The notes under the pieces are model-generated. The model was not told the DNA's origin, ran no database searches, and saw only the letters and a program-made list of their open reading frames with translations. The position numbers and the translations under genes were made by a program. 64,000 nt of DNA from Eledone cirrhosa. Its lineage: Eukaryota. This document shows positions 25,253 through 39,739 of this stretch, piece after piece. Position 1 is the stretch's first letter. Each line of letters starts with the position of its first letter. The stretch is taken from positions 176,018,001 to 176,082,000 of the forward strand of contig OZ024740.1 of NCBI GenBank assembly GCA_964016885.1. The letters are read 5' to 3'.

Positions 25253-28200
25253 CTACAGGTGTATATACAGAGAAGGCCCATTCACCCGGGCCATTTTCAC
25301 CACATTCACCCACCTTTCAGCGAATTTACTGGGGTGTAGCACCTCTCTCTCCACTCTCACCTTCCTTCTGAAGTGGTACTTAAAGAAGGGGATGAGTTGT
25401 TGTCTGGAGAGAAAGGTGTTTGCCCTTTGTCCTTTTAACCTCGTCCACCATATTACCTCTTTCGCCATAGCCACCAGACAGAGGAAGACCGCCTCTCCTT
25501 CATTCTTAAATGAAGGCGGCGGGGTGATCCTCACGATGGACTCGGCTGACAACTGGATGCGTCCCACACGGGACAGTAGCTGTTCGACATAATTCCACAG
25601 GTCGGTCACCCCGGGGCACTGAACAATTGCGTGGAGAACGGTTTCGATGTCCTGCTCGCATCTTGGACAGGTCCTTTTGGCAGGGCGTCCGTGTCTGTAG
25701 ATTTTGTCTCGAACTGGTAGAGCTCCTCGGTAGCACTGCCAGGCCAGAGACCTCTGGAAGTTATCAATAGGCCCTGGACGGAAAGTCCCCCGGAACAGAC
25801 TGGTCAGTTCGTCTTCCTCGATGCCTAGAGTTTCCCCGAGAACGTCGTCGCACTTATCCTCCATTAATCCCCTAGAGAATGTCGAAGTGGAGTCTCCACT
25901 GATTGCCGTTTCCGCTTGGTAGAGGGCTGTGAGCGCCTGAGAGCACTCGAGGTGCCAGACGCCCATTTTAAGTCTTCGCTTGACCCAGGACTGCAGCTCT
26001 GTTAGTGGGACGAGTTGTGGCAGAGCTCGTCTCACAAACGACAGCCACACCGATACACTGGTCAGGAATACCTGGAGATGGCGTAGCCTCAGCGCGTGTT
26101 TGCGCATCATCAGCCACGGCATGCCCAGCCTACCGTTAGAAGCGTGTTGCCAGCAGATGGATCTCCTCATCAATGGAGCCTGTTTCTTCCAGAGGAACTT
26201 GAAGAGTAGGCATTCCATTTTTGTGAGGTATTCGCAGCGACAAAGCACGACTGTCAAGCAGTAGTAGATGACGGACGCTATGTAAGTGTTCGCCACCTCT
26301 GCTCAAACTTTCAAGGAGAGTTTTCACTCAGCCCACCTCTGGGTGAGTGTAAACTCCTTCGCCGTGACCTCGTTCATCCAGTTCTTGTCCACCTGGAGGT
26401 CTGGACCAAACCAGACCCCGAGCAATTTCACCGGTCCTTGCGTCCAGCGTCAAACGACAATGTCGGAAGGCATGGGTTTGCCTTTCCATGTGCCGAGTGC
26501 AAACCGAAAGACTTGTTTGGGTTTAGTCTTGCTCCTGTCAACGTTTTGCATTCCTGTAATAGGTTGCCGATTGCCCCGATGTCCGAGGTTTTCGACATCA
26601 TTACGGTTATCTCGTTGGCATAGGCCGACGCTACTTTTCGCAGTCCTGGTTCGATCGGGATGGCCTGCAACAGCTCCAATTTCCGCAGTAATGGCTCGAG
26701 AGTCAGTACATACACAATGGAGGAGAGAGGGCACCCCTGACGGATGGAACGCATGATTTGGAATGGCTCCGATAGGTAGCCATTCACCTTGAGTGCCGAG
26801 AAGATGCTGGTGTGCTTGGCAGCGATCCAGCCTCTGAAGACGGGACTGAAGCCGGCCGCCTTGAGAACCGCTTCCAAGTATTGATGGTCGACCCTATCAA
26901 ATGCCTTTGACTGATCTAAATTGATCAGAGCCCCACCGAAGACAGGTTTATACCATACCCTTTCTATGATGTATCGCATGAGGTGGAGGTTGTCGTGTAT
27001 GGACCTGGTCGGGATTGGACACGTTTGGCTTCCCCTACCAGATTTCCGACGACAAGCGCCAGCCTCACTGCTAATACCTTGGCCGAAATCTTTAACTCTG
27101 TGTTGAGCAGAGTTATGGGCCTGAAATTTCATATCTCATCCCCCTTGTTCTCATCTTTCCTGATCAGCGTCACTACGCCTCTGCCTACAGAACTGGGAAT
27201 CCTCCCGTTCTGCTGCCAGTTGCAGTAGACCGCTTCGATGACGCCAGAGAACAAGTCTGACATGCCTATGTAAAACTCATAGGGTAGACCATCTAAACCG
27301 GGGGATTTGCGTTTCCCAACGCGGCCTAGGGCATCTTCTATTTCGCCCGCTGTGATCAGCCTTTCGCAGCTCTCCGCATCCGTGTTCGAGAGTCGCGGTA
27401 CACCGTCGAGGTAGGAGCTGAAATCCATCACTTCCCTTGACGTACCGCTTTGCCCGAACAGTTGAGCAAAATGCTGCTGGAAGGCCGTGGACATCTGCTT
27501 GGATTCAAGTATAATGCGTCCATCTTTGCCTTGCAAGGACTGAATTGTGGATTTGTTGCCACTTTTCGCCTCTGCCACTCGGGCCCAGCTAACAGCTTTG
27601 GCTCCCTCCTTTCTTAGAGCACGTATTCTACTTCTGACATTACAACCTTCGTGTTTCACGTTGAAGAACTGGTCTAGTGCCGTTCTCGCCGCTAGCTCGT
27701 CAGCTGTACTGCCATTCCTAAGGGGTTCTTCTACTTTAGTTACCAGTTCCTTTTCGGTTTTGTTTTTTTCTAAAGCCACTTCCTTGCTAAATGCTATCGA
27801 TTCTATTCTAATTGTTCTCTTGAGAGAGCTCCACCACCTGTTGTTGACGATCGCCCCAGTCAACTGGCACTTAACTAAGGTGCTAATCCGTTTACTGTAG
27901 GCCTTACGCGCCGGAAGCGACATGTTTAGCTTCCAGTATCTGGGTCCCTGTCTATGTTTTCTATCAAGGTTGACTACGCAGGTGACTAATTTGTGGTCTG
28001 AATAGGCAACCATGTGCATTTGTGGACAACTTAATGTTTCCTTATCTTTCTGTCTAATTAAAAGTCTATCTAAATACGACCTAGAAACTCAGTACGGTTG
28101 CTCCACTTCCACAGTGGTACACTTGGGAAGTCTAGTCGATATCTATCAGCCAGTTGGAATTGGCTGATGAGATTGTTTAGGCTATTACACCCCCCTCTAT

Positions 28201-28672
28201 TATCACAAGCTCCTACATAGTCCCAATGTGCATCTAAGATGCTATTCCAGTCCCCCGCTAACACTAAGGAGCGATACGTTCCCAGGAATGGCTCCAGACG
28301 CTTGAAGAACTCTTGTCGTGATGTCCCAGTCGGGGCATATACGGCCACCAGTCTGAAAGCTCCACCTTCACTACCATTTACGTCCAGGACCACCAAGCTG
28401 CCCTCAGGGTCCAAGTGAATCATCTGTACTTTGAGATCCAAGTTTTTTCGAAACAGAACAGCAACTCCCCCTCCACCTCCTAGCTGACAGAGAGATGCGT
28501 AGATCTCAAAGTCATCGAACATGGGGGTTAGTTGCTGCCTGTCGTGAACCCTGGACTCGGTGATAGCTATCACATCTATACAATGTGACATGAGATCATT
28601 TAAAAGCTAGCACTGTTTCCAGGGCATCCCTAGGCCACGTATATTCAAACATCCAACTTGTATAGTCACCAT
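25253..28672 (-). pseudogene. LINE ORF2 (APE endonuclease, RT, zinc finger), broken into at least 4 frames
   Basis: Collinear ORFs 28070-28591, 27129-28019, 26428-27132 and 25253-26296. Confidence 0.9.
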
Positions 28673-28901
28673 GTTGGTGAAGAAGAGTTAGGGAGAGAAA
28701 AGGCAGGAACACTTATCTTTTCGTTTCCTGGAGGTCGGGTTGTTCGATCTCCATGTCCAGATTGGAGATGTTTGGGGAGGGAGGGAATCCTTTTAGCAGG
28801 ACACGGTTAAGGTTTTTTTTTCAAGGGTGGGGGTGGGGGTGGGGGCACATCATATGGGAAGGTCCCTTTCAATGTTTCATGTTGTAGGGTTGTTACCCTG
28901 A

Positions 28902-30178
28902 TCAGTTTGAGGTGGGTCGTTGGTGGGGAAGGTTTTCTCTTCCGTTTGGATAGTAGGGTCCTTTCGGACAGTGTCTACCAATTCTTTGTTTGTTGTTTTT
29001 ATGTATGTGTAATATGTTTTGTTTTTTATGTGTGCTGTTTCTGTTTGTAGTTTTCTTTTTGTGGTTGGGGTTTGTGATTGTGGTGGTGTGGGTGTTTGTT
29101 TTGTTGGTGAAGTGTTTGGTTGTGTTGGTGGTTTTTGTGTTGTTGGTGTGTTTGTCGTTTGTTGCGGTGTGTTTATGGTGGGGTTGGGTGTGTCCGTGTT
29201 TTCTGTAGATATTTTTGTTTTTGTGTTTTTTTTTGTCTCTTTTTTGTTTTTTGGATTTTTGGGGTTCCTCTTCATTCTCACTTGGAGATGTAGAGGTTCC
29301 CGTGTCTGAGACTTCTGAAACAGGGGTAGATGGGAGGGGTATGTTGTGTAGTGGAATGTTTGTGCAGGTCTTTGTGGAAGTATTTGACAGGGGGGGGGGA
29401 GGCAATGGAGGGCTTTTCAGTGGGATTTTGTGTGTGTGGTTGTCTCTGGTCTGTGGTGGTGTGGGAGTGGATGTTGCAGGTTTTTGTGTTGTGTTTGGTT
29501 TGGGGTGTTGATGTTGGGGTTTTGGTGTTGGTAATAACACCGTGTTTGTCCTCGGTTTGTTTAAGAGAGGGCAAAAGGCCTTTAAGTGTGTGGTTTTCCC
29601 ACACTTATGGCATTGAGGTCTTTTCCCCTCCACTAAAATGGAGATGACATCTTCCTCAAGGACGATCCTGTCCGGCATTTTCTCAAGTCTCTCTGGCCTC
29701 ATTTGTACCAGGACTTCGATGCAGGTTCCAAACCAGTTATTCCGGTCTGTCCTGTCTACAGATAGGAGGGTGTCCTCATCCTTCTTCATGATGCAGCGTA
29801 GGATCCACCATATGTTGACCTCTGCTGGGATCATGGTTATTTTTATTTTGTAGGATCTTCTTCCCATGTATGTGGGGAAGAAGATGTGTTGATCCGTTTT
29901 TATTGGGTAAACCGAGTATTTTTGAGCCAGAGTTTCGCTCTGAAAGAGCACTGACACACTTCCAGACTGTTTAGCTCTTTGGAGGTATGCCACTCTGGCT
30001 TGATATCTTTTAGTGCAGCTTCAATAGTGCTTGTTGGGAGCGTTATGGGTTTTTTGGTAATGATGTCAACTGTTCTATAGATTAGTTTCTTTTTCTGTGT
30101 CATCTCTCTTACTTGTGGGGGTATGTGTATGTGTGGGGTGTCTCCCTCAAACGTCACATAGCTGGGAGCTTCTTCCAA
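28902..30178 (-). pseudogene. LINE ORF1 (gag-like, CCHC knuckle, T/P-rich tail)
   Basis: ORFs 29900-30178 and 28902-29993 overlap across a frameshift; CX2CX4HX4C motif. Confidence 0.75.
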
Positions 30179-30423
30179 ATATTAGGACTTTTTGGAAATG
30201 TCCATGGGGTAATATGTAAAATCCTTAGCAACCGTTGCTGCAAATTAAATTTTGTTATTGTTGTTGTTGGTGTTGATGATGGTCTTATTCGTTGTGTTGC
30301 CGCTGATTCCTTTTGTTGTATTATTGTTGTTCTCATTTATTGTGTTGTTGTTGCTGTTCTTGCTTGTGGAGGTGTTAGTATTTGCTACACATTCTTCTCT
30401 CTGTGTGTGGATACATACACACG

Positions 30424-30501
<78 letters not shown>

Positions 30502-30504
30502 TAT

Positions 30505-30690
30505 ATTTATTAAAGTAACAGATTAAAGTTTAAGCAAAGATCCCGTTAAGGGTGAAAGCAGCGATTCTTTCCTTAAACTTTAATCTGTTATTTTAATAAA
30601 TATTTGCTCTACGGTTCTTATATATTTGAGATATATTTATCCTTATCAAGCCCTCTTTGGATTTTAGTCTTCAAATTTATTATTATTACT
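30505..30690 (+). mobile_element. PLE pLTR fold-back, same family as 22305-22505
   Basis: tcccgttaagggtgaaagcagcgattc...cttcaaatttattatt preceded by a short inverted arm. Confidence 0.75.
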
Positions 30691-30700
30691 ATATATATAT

Positions 30701-30887
30701 GGGCGGTGGATTGGCAGTATCGGTAGAGGGTCGGACGCCATGCTTTCCAGCATAGTTACGTCCCTTTACGATCTGAGTTCAAATCCCGCCGAGGTTGACT
30801 TTGCCTTTCATCCTTACGGGGTCGATAAAATAAAGTACCAGTAATGCACTGGGTAATTGCTGGCCTTGTGCCTAAAGTAGAAACAAT
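30701..30887 (+). mobile_element. tRNA-derived SINE, full-length reference copy
   Basis: A-box-like TGGCAGTATCGG; B-box GAGTTCAAATCC; central gttgactttgcctttcatcc..gggtcgataaa..gtaccag (resembles the Meta/MESC domain, from memory); TSD attactatatatat. Confidence 0.92.
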
Positions 30888-30928
<41 letters not shown>

Positions 30929-31257
30929 GAGACACATACACACATCAATATTTATATATAAAAAACCCACTCAAACATATGAATATATATATATATATTC
31001 ATATGTATATATATATATACGCATATATATATACATATATTAAACAAAAGATTAGTATGGTTCGTTGATTACTCAACGAATACAATATTACAATAGATTA
31101 GAAGCACTCAACAGTTGATTTTCCTGAAGTTTTTACGCATACAAGCATACATACATACGCGCATATAATTACCTTTACGTGTACATTAGGGAGAGAGGAT
31201 ATATTTGCATACATACACATAGGCACACATACACACACATACACACACACACTCACG

Positions 31258-31303
<46 letters not shown>

Positions 31304-31399
31304 CATAGATACTCATGCCCATATTCACCCACATAAATATACGTAACCATACACATATACATGCATATATATATACTCAGTACACATATTTTATCAATT

Positions 31400-32945
31400 A
31401 ATTAATTAGTTGATTGATTAATTACTCATGTATCTATACACACACTTATACATGTATACATACAAATAAATATTTAACAAATTACAAATAAACCATCAAA
31501 TGTAAAATACTAATACGGAGAAAACGGATAAAGAAGATATAAAAGTAGATAAAATAACTGATTTTCAATTACCTTGGTTTAAGTTGGTAGATGAATGCTA
31601 TTCAATCTCTTTAGCAGCTTATGTAAGCATTCTTCACAAGGAATTATGTAAATTTAGGTATTTGGGAGGATATTATTTTAATGGAAGAAGTTAACTTTGC
31701 CTTTCATCCTTCCGGGGTCGATAGAATAAAGAACCACTAATGCATTGAGTAATTGCTGGCCTTGTGCCAAAAGTAGAAACAATTATTTTAATGGAAGAAA
31801 GTGTAGTGGTGTTTTTTTTATATGACACGCCATTGTAAATTATATTTGATAATCCAAAGTTTACATTTATTAACAGCTTCCGCTAATGAAGTTGTATTCG
31901 CCAATTTACTGTGTTTAAAAGAGAGTGTATAATAATACAATCTTTTTTTTTTTTTGTTGAAAGAATTAGTTGTTGTTTCTATATATATCTGTGTATTGTT
32001 TTTCGTAATGAGTTTTCATAGGTAAACTATACTGCTAATTAATCAATTTCCCTTAAGCGGTTAGTTTATTTCAATTCTGCATTACAGTTTAGGTTACTTC
32101 GATCATCAGAAGAATTCCAGATACTGTCGGTTTTACAGTTACTGTTTCTATTTTCAGGTGCTTTCTATTTTCAGGTGCTTGTATTTTCAGGTGCCATTGG
32201 GATACTTAGGGTTGGTATCGGTCATATTATTATTATCATCTACGTTAGCGATGGCATCGTATAACTATAGAACTAATTGATTCATTAAACAGCACCGTAT
32301 CCATCCTAATTGTGTTGGTATTGCTGTTAATGTTGCTGTTGTGATTTACCGAGTTCTGTGTATTATTAGGTGTTAATCAAGACTTGAGATATGAGCATGT
32401 GCTATATCAATTCTAAGTTTTGAAAAATTTAACGCACTTTTCCTCTACTGTAATTTCAGTGAGATAAAGTACAAGAGTTTAACCATAAAAATATTAAAGA
32501 TTTGGTGGTATCTATGTGGAGGTGAGGATTTTTTTCTGATGATCTAGAATTTGTAGGTTACATAACCTTTGGTCTGAGCATTGTATTATGGAGTGTATAC
32601 CGCATATTTTTCTTTTGTGATTTCTCTTTCTCTGGGAATAATTGTCCGGGAATTTGTTTGTCTTTTTGTGTATGTGAAAAATGTTGTTTTCATCATTATT
32701 TTATTTTTTCTACTTATTATTTTCTACTTTGTATTTTTTCTACTATTTCCTCTACTTGTATTTCTTCTTCTTTGATTGTGAATCCTAATATTATATTCCT
32801 TTATCTTTTAACCTTTATTTCATTTTTCTCAGTCCACGTATACAATTGATGCTTTTCAACCTCTTTATATAGCTTCCAAATAAAGATTATAATTCATTGT
32901 TTCTGAAGAAGGCGATGAGATGGATCTAGAATATCGAGACTAACA
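31400..32945 (-). mobile_element. Heavily decayed Penelope-like element with inverted pLTR
   Basis: Minus-strand remnants PPHRYHQIFN, NCN..PLKGN.LISSIVY..IYI, SFKH..NTTSLA. ~32690-32945 is homologous to the pLTR at ~24520-24760 and includes aattcattgtttCTGAAGA. Confidence 0.7.
31690..31782 (+). mobile_element. 5'-truncated SINE
   Basis: 3' half of the 30701 family; TSD attatttt(t)aatggaagaa. Confidence 0.85.
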
Positions 32946-34574
32946 TTCAGTACAACATATTTAAAGGAAACACTGTTCCACATGTATACTAAGATATGTT
33001 CGTAGTTCTTTGTGTTTATGTGTTGTTTATGTTACGTTATGGAGTTGTTTATTTTGTGTCCATTTATGTTCCCTCGCGTACAGGTTCGGTGATAGAGAGG
33101 GATAAAATAAGTATCAGATGAAAACACCGTAAATTGTGGTCTACCATCGACCTGGCACATAAGTCAATCTGTAGATTCTTATCTCAAACCTCTGCATTAC
33201 GCTTATATATTTCCGTATATAGTTACCCCTCATCCAAACAGCCAAATTATCCTCCCCTCCTATATAAAAGCTGCAAACAAGTTGAAGGCGGAATGGCAAA
33301 TACATCAAATTTTAATAAAATGGGGTCCCTCTTTCCTTGACATTTTAAGCATGTCTTTATTTTGCTAAATGATTAATCCTCAAACATACGATAGGCTATT
33401 TTGAGGTTGGTTTTACTGATGGCTGTCCAATAGATACTCTAACTGACGACTACAATATACGTACTGTGTATTATAGTAAAACATGTTAGATCATCTTCTA
33501 CAAAATACTAAAGTAAACAGTTCTTATTGATGTTTGTCATAGAGTTATTCTAACTGGTGTTTATAATATAAATGTCCCATATTATATAGTAGGCGGCCGA
33601 TCTCGCAAAATCGTTAGATCGTTGGATATTAGCTCATTATCTCTGAGTTCCGAGTTCAAATCCCACCGAGGTCCACTTTACATTTCATCCTTTCGGGATC
33701 GATAAATTTAGAAGAAGCCCAATGCTGGTGCAGCCCAATCTTCTTCCAGCTGTCACATCCTGCTCCATTGGATCAAAGGAGGGAGAGTCAAGTAGGTGTC
33801 GGTGTTTGCTCGCACCTAAACCCTGCGAGTGACTGCTGTAGTTTTCCATTGTATATCATATAGTAAAACACGATAGTGCACCTCCTCCAAAGCACCAAAA
33901 TATATCGTACTTACTGCTACCCACTATCATTTGCATCAGTGATAAATACAAATTGCGATGCCGCCAACTCCACGGGGACAAATGCGAAACTGTCCGTTAC
34001 AGCTGTGATTGTTCAGTGTTCGTCGTGTTTATATTCTGTATAGTATAGATGGAAATATTTCATTTCCATTGTTCCACCAGTAAATGGAATGAACATGATG
34101 CTTCTTTCATACTGACAGTTACTGTATTTACGGTCTTTTCAAACAGCAGCCCTGCATTATGAAGTTAATGAATCGTTTAAGTGTGATAACAAGAAACGTG
34201 GAACCTCTCCGAAGAGATTAAGGGAGAAATATGCTGGAAGAACCAACATCTTACACTGGCCAGAATAGAAACATTATTTTGAAGGTTTAATAAATAAATT
34301 CCGGTTAAATGGCTATGCAATTACCTGAACTAACATACGTTACTAGGAAAAAACACCAAAATGAAAGTATATATTTCAAAGCAACTGCAAACTGGTGGTT
34401 TCACTTTATGAAAAGGTAAGATTTGGTTGTTGCAGAAGAAGATATAAATTACACAAAACCTCTCCACACACCTAAAAGAAAAATATTCCAAATTTCCACA
34501 AATATGTATTATTAGATTGAGGAAGCAGTACCAACAATGGTAGATTGGTCATATGGATGGAACACCTTTACATA

Positions 34575-35630
34575 TACGAAGTTTCTCCCAAAAGTAGAGA
34601 TACTGATTTTCCTATGTACGACATGGTAACGCGGCTCATTGTTGATGTATTAGTTCTGGCCTTGGCTGCACTTACAGACCTATTTATAACCTCTGTTACG
34701 CTTGTGATGTAGAAAAATGTCGAACAATGGTACGCGATCAAGTGTTATGTGAAACTCAACAAATCTACCACCAAACATTTAATTCTTTAACAAAAGCTTA
34801 TGGTGATATCACACTGTCGGGAAGTTAAGGTTTTTAAGTGACGGAAAGCATTGAAAGGGCATTGAAAGGGCCGAGACAATATTGAAGACGAACCTCGTTT
34901 TGGAAGGCCAATCTCGTCAACAAAAGAACAAAATGCGAAAGTGGTACGAGCGGTGATGGCGAAATATCGTCGATTAAGTGTTAGGATGGTTGCAGAAGAA
35001 ATGGGCTTGGATAAATAAGCAGATCGCCGAATTTTAACAGACCATATGTACATACGAAACACTTCTTTGTGGAGCAAAAATGAACCGGTTGGAAATTAGT
35101 CAGGATTTGCTAGAAAGACTCTAAAGGGAGCCAAATTTCTTGGCTAAAGTAATAACAGATAGGTATTCGTGTAAGATCCAGAGATAAAACACGGCAAAGT
35201 GAGAAGTGATACACAAAAGATTCTCCTCGTCCGAAGAAAGCACACATGAGCATATCCAAGGTGAAAATGATGATCACCATTTTTTTCGACAGCTGTGGTA
35301 TTAGTGACAAAGAATCTTTACCTCCAAGACAGACAGTTAATCGCATCGTCTACAAAGATGTCTTGGAGCGAGTTCGAAAACGGGTCCAGCGAATATTATA
35401 GGAGATTGTAGGAGATTGAGTACTGCACCACGGTAACGCGCTGGCTCACACAACACTTTGAATAAGAGAATTTCTAGCGATAAAATACATTCCGATTCTT
35501 CCACATCCTCCTTATAGGCCAAATCTAGCTCCATGTGATTTCTACCTCTTCCCTTATTTGAAATCGAAGTTGAAGGTCAAAATTTTGGAACTGTGGAGAA
35601 CATACAAATGATTGTAACCGCCGAGCAAAG
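34575..35630 (+). mobile_element. Decayed mariner (Tc1/mariner) transposon
   Basis: Remnants YAIKCYVKLNKS, KAYGD, IEDEPRFGRP, LHHGNALAH and PHPPYRPNLAPCDFYLFP (YSPDLAP-like); many stops and frameshifts. Confidence 0.88.
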
Positions 35631-35958
35631 AATTATATATATATATATATATAACATTCCATAACATTCCACTTCCTCCTCACCATTGCTATGGACCCTA
35701 CCACAAGGGCTTACACCCTCGGATACCGATGCGATTTCAACTTGGAACCGCGCCATCCTTTATACACACACATCGACAGAAACTTAGACACACACAGACA
35801 CTTACACGATGTTCGCACACACGCAACCATACATTTCACACGAACACACATCGTCCTCTCTTCACCACAAAAACACACACACGTACACATACTCACATAC
35901 ACCCACACTGCCTCCGGATGGGGCACGATCTCCCCTACCCCATCCGACCCCTTTCCAT

Positions 35959-36038
<80 letters not shown>

Positions 36039-36521
36039 CTACACCCATACAGGGACTATACACACACAGACATACACTCCACTCCAACATACACAATGGT
36101 TTTTCAAAATCCACAAGCACGTACTCCTACTCCCCCCCAGACTCACACACTTACATCCACGCATTCACACACACATGTACATCTACACACACACGCTCAC
36201 CTCACCTTCGCCATCCCCATTCGGACTCCATTTTCCCTCCCCCATCTCTCTCTCCCTCCATCCACCCCTCACGCACCACCACACTCGTGCCCTCCCCGAT
36301 CCCTACAACCCTCTCACCTTTTTATAACTTTTATTTTAACTTTTTTTTTCCACTTCATGTTTTATCTTTTTTTCCACTAACTCCCCCCTCACTCCTTCTC
36401 CGAGTTCCTCCCCACACTCTCCTGATGCCCGAAACGTCACCCCCCCCCACTCTCACTAAACGTGAAACTAATACTATTTGCAACATGTAGTCCTGCGTTG
36501 TCTGTTTTTTTTTGTATTCCG

Positions 36522-36578
<57 letters not shown>

Positions 36579-36581
<3 letters not shown>

Positions 36582-37640
36582 CCACCTCCTTCAAATCACG
36601 CCTTTATAGACATCGTTATTCGATAAAACATGAAAACCAGCGTTATGTAACAACACTCGCAGACAAGGCTTGGCAGCTGCGTGAAAATAACCAACAATTT
36701 CACCTAAAATGGGATATAATAGCGACTGCCCCCCCATATATTCCAATGGACAGGAATTTTGTAAATTATGTAATGTAGAATTATTTTGTATTATGAAATC
36801 CAAAAACATTTTATTAAATAACAGAATAGAGCGATCGTTATACTGTAACCATCGCTTAAAATCTACATTTTCATATTATAAATACTACCAGGATTGAACG
36901 CCTGTCTCTATCCCCGTTTGATTGTCAAAATAGATATGAACATTCTTTATTAGTCTTAATTCTATCAACTCTTCTATTATTTACCTTTTAATACAAACTG
37001 CTATAGATAAAATGAGATTTCTGATTTCTTGATTCAATTCCCTAGTGCAAATACCAGCTGACTACTAGCATTGATGTTATTTAGTAGCAATCGAAATCTC
37101 CCCCTTCCCCAATTGACACTTTATAATTAATACTACTGCACCAAATGACCAGCCCTGTCCACTGTCCAGTTGGTCAAGTAGAGATTAAAATTGGCACTCC
37201 CAAAATTCTTATTTAGATTTACTCATGGTATTCTCATTAAAAACCCATTATATACTTGTTTAGCAGTAAATTATTTTACCATCTGTCATATTCTATCCCC
37301 TCTGTTCCTTCCTCTTTTACTAATATAAATACTTCAATTTTTCTGATTTTATCCAGTTTATCCAAAATCTCTGAAGAAGTGACAACTGATTATACATTTG
37401 CTATCGAATACTTGCTAACATTATATGATTACGCAAGCAGCGATACATAGGTATTCGGTCTGTTACAGAAACATATGTCAATACCTAATAAATTCCTTTT
37501 TTAACAAAAGCACTTTCATTTTATATTCATCCTTTCTACATTTCTCCGGAATATAATTTATACTCGTTGAGCAAACCTGCACGTACGCTGTTCATCTCTA
37601 ACGTAACGATATATTATCACTACATTATTGATAACCTGAA
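36579..37640 (+). mobile_element. PLE 3' fragment: GIY-YIG C-terminus plus pLTR with hammerhead remnant
   Basis: FKSRLYRHRYSI..TTLA..W..KWDII..PY / CKLCNVE..LLNNRIE..CNHR. CTGAAGA(37371)...GAAAC-ATAT-GTC(37479) with degraded stem I. Confidence 0.82.
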
Positions 37641-37859
37641 ATTTTATATATATATATATATATAAAATTAAAAAACGATTGACATATACATAAATATATC
37701 AAACATTAACATGAGATAATTTGTAAAGGATATATGAAAATATAATTCCAAAAGCCGATCATATTTAAATTGTAAATACCTGACATTCAGTAATTATTCA
37801 TATCCTCTCATACAATTATTGATTAAGAATATGTTTTAGGTATACTCCTCGTACCTAGT

Positions 37860-38560
37860 TTACCCTACTAGTGCTCTGTCCAGAGATGATTCATTGGACT
37901 CCGAAATCAAACTAAAGATCGAAAAATCCAGCAAAGCATTCAATAAGCTGGAGGGACGAGACTGGTCGGAGAGAAGCATCTCGTTTGGCACTAAGTTTCG
38001 ACCACTCCTGTATTGACGGCTCTCTCGTATTCTTCTGAAACTTGAATCACATGTCGGTATCATGTCAAGACATAAGAAAGTCTCCACAAAAAATTCCTAA
38101 GCTGTAGCTTGAACGTTAAATCGCAGGTATACACAAATAGTACCGTTGTTCTGCAGCGGACCAATACTTCCAGCATAGAAAAACTGCTCATTCGAAACCA
38201 ACTGCTTTAGGCAGGGCATTTAAGGTGGATGGGAAATGAAATGTTGCCTAAGCAAATTTGGTATGGGGAAGATCTTTCTTAGCAAACAAAAGCATCTTGA
38301 ACAAAACAATATTATAACTGCGATAACTCAAAGGGGATTAATGTCTGTGATTCAACTCCTCGATGTATGCCGAAACACATCTTTTAAAAATAATATTTAT
38401 TTGAAGTTTAACAAATGGATGGTTGATGGAGAATTTGTGATCAAGTCTTCGTGCAATATTCATATAGAAACTGTTGTAACCTCATTGACACAAATGGAAA
38501 TTAAAAATGCAGTGAACGACGCTGTGTTGAGACGAGAAGGAGTGCAGTGATGGGAATTTA
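37860..38560 (+). mobile_element. Decayed RTE-type LINE 3' fragment
   Basis: Remnants KIEKSSKAFNKL..WSERSIS..TK and QLL.AGH.RW, paralleling 48500-48900. Confidence 0.6.
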
Positions 38561-39739
38561 AAGTTATTCAGATCTTTATGGCGATTTCTAAACACCAAAT
38601 GATCAACATTTAGAAAAAAAAGTTCGAAGAATTAAAAAAATAATGATGATAGATGTTTTTATTATCAATAAAATATAACATTTAAATACAATTAACCTTG
38701 GAATTAAATTTATAAAATATTTATGAGTGACGATTATAAAATTATCTTATCGAAGGATCTAATTGTCAATAAAATAATTTCCAAGCAACATCTATTTTAA
38801 GAACTGTTCTAAACTGTACCATAAGAACGTCAGTGTGTCTATATTCAATAAACAGCTATTATTAAACTGTCATTACTACTCTTACGTGTATGGTATATAT
38901 TATATTTCTCTGTAGGTCATAGTTATGGAACATCATGCAAATCTTGCATGATCTACTGTAATTATGATGTATAGAGAAAGATAACTTGCAAATCTTGCAC
39001 ATTAAGTAAATGTTATAGTAAATATTTCTTTCCATGACATCCATTAGTCATAAATACTTGTATGTTTGTCAATTCATTATTACGCAACAATTTGTATGTT
39101 TTCTGCGCAATTTCATTACAATGATATTGCGCAAATACCAGGCATATTGTAATTCTCTGAATGGTCGCTTGACTTCAGTGCCTTTCCGGTCATTGTTTAC
39201 AATCGTTGTATCAACTGTTTGAAATAGTCTCGGACAAAATGACTTACAAAATTTTTTCCGGTATTATAAGTTCTCAGTTCAAATCCTACCAACATCAACA
39301 TTGTCTTTAATGCTTTCAGGAACGACAAAATAAAGTACCAGTCAAGATAAGTGGGTTGGCGGAACTGCTAGAACTTTAGACAAATGTTTTACAGTATTTG
39401 TTCCAGCCTTTTTACATTCCGAGTTTGCAGGCAGGTTTTACGGGCTTGTAGAGAAATACACGAAGGAAGGCAACGTGAAACCTATGAGAATTCCATGATA
39501 TGCACATAGCGTTAGTCAAGGAAGTCACCAGCATTCTTTTGTTGACCTGGTGACGCTAGGAAGGCCTCCTTCACACACGCATACAATTCACTCGAACAAT
39601 CGTATGCTCATTGACTTCTGTCACAATCTACTCTAGTGAAAATGTTAGTGCAAACTGTTCCAAACTTTTGAACTGTTAGTTCAAAAGTTTGAGTGTGTGT
39701 TTAAGTCTGGTGTAGATACCGCTAGTGCATGTGGCTTGA

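Larger units (their letters stand above)
24995..30410 (-). mobile_element. Near full-length Tx1/L1-type LINE, pseudogenised
   Basis: ORF1 zinc knuckle CHKCGKTTHLKAFC; APE (ITES, VYAP, AGDWN, SDH); RT (KSPGLDG, LDQSKAFD, RQGCPLS); C-terminal CPRC..ETVLH..C; A-rich 3' end; several frameshifts. Confidence 0.93.

Noticed and set aside
30701-30790. tRNA gene
   Set aside because: A/B boxes belong to a SINE head; no complete cloverleaf, and a SINE body and TSD follow.
33890-34560. Possible additional DNA-transposon or host exon remnant
   Set aside because: No motif or splice structure that I could confidently recognise.
36415-36495. ctgatgcccgaaacgtc hammerhead-like word
   Set aside because: Core lacks the final A of CTGATGA and I could not close stem I; possibly a PLE end but unsupported.
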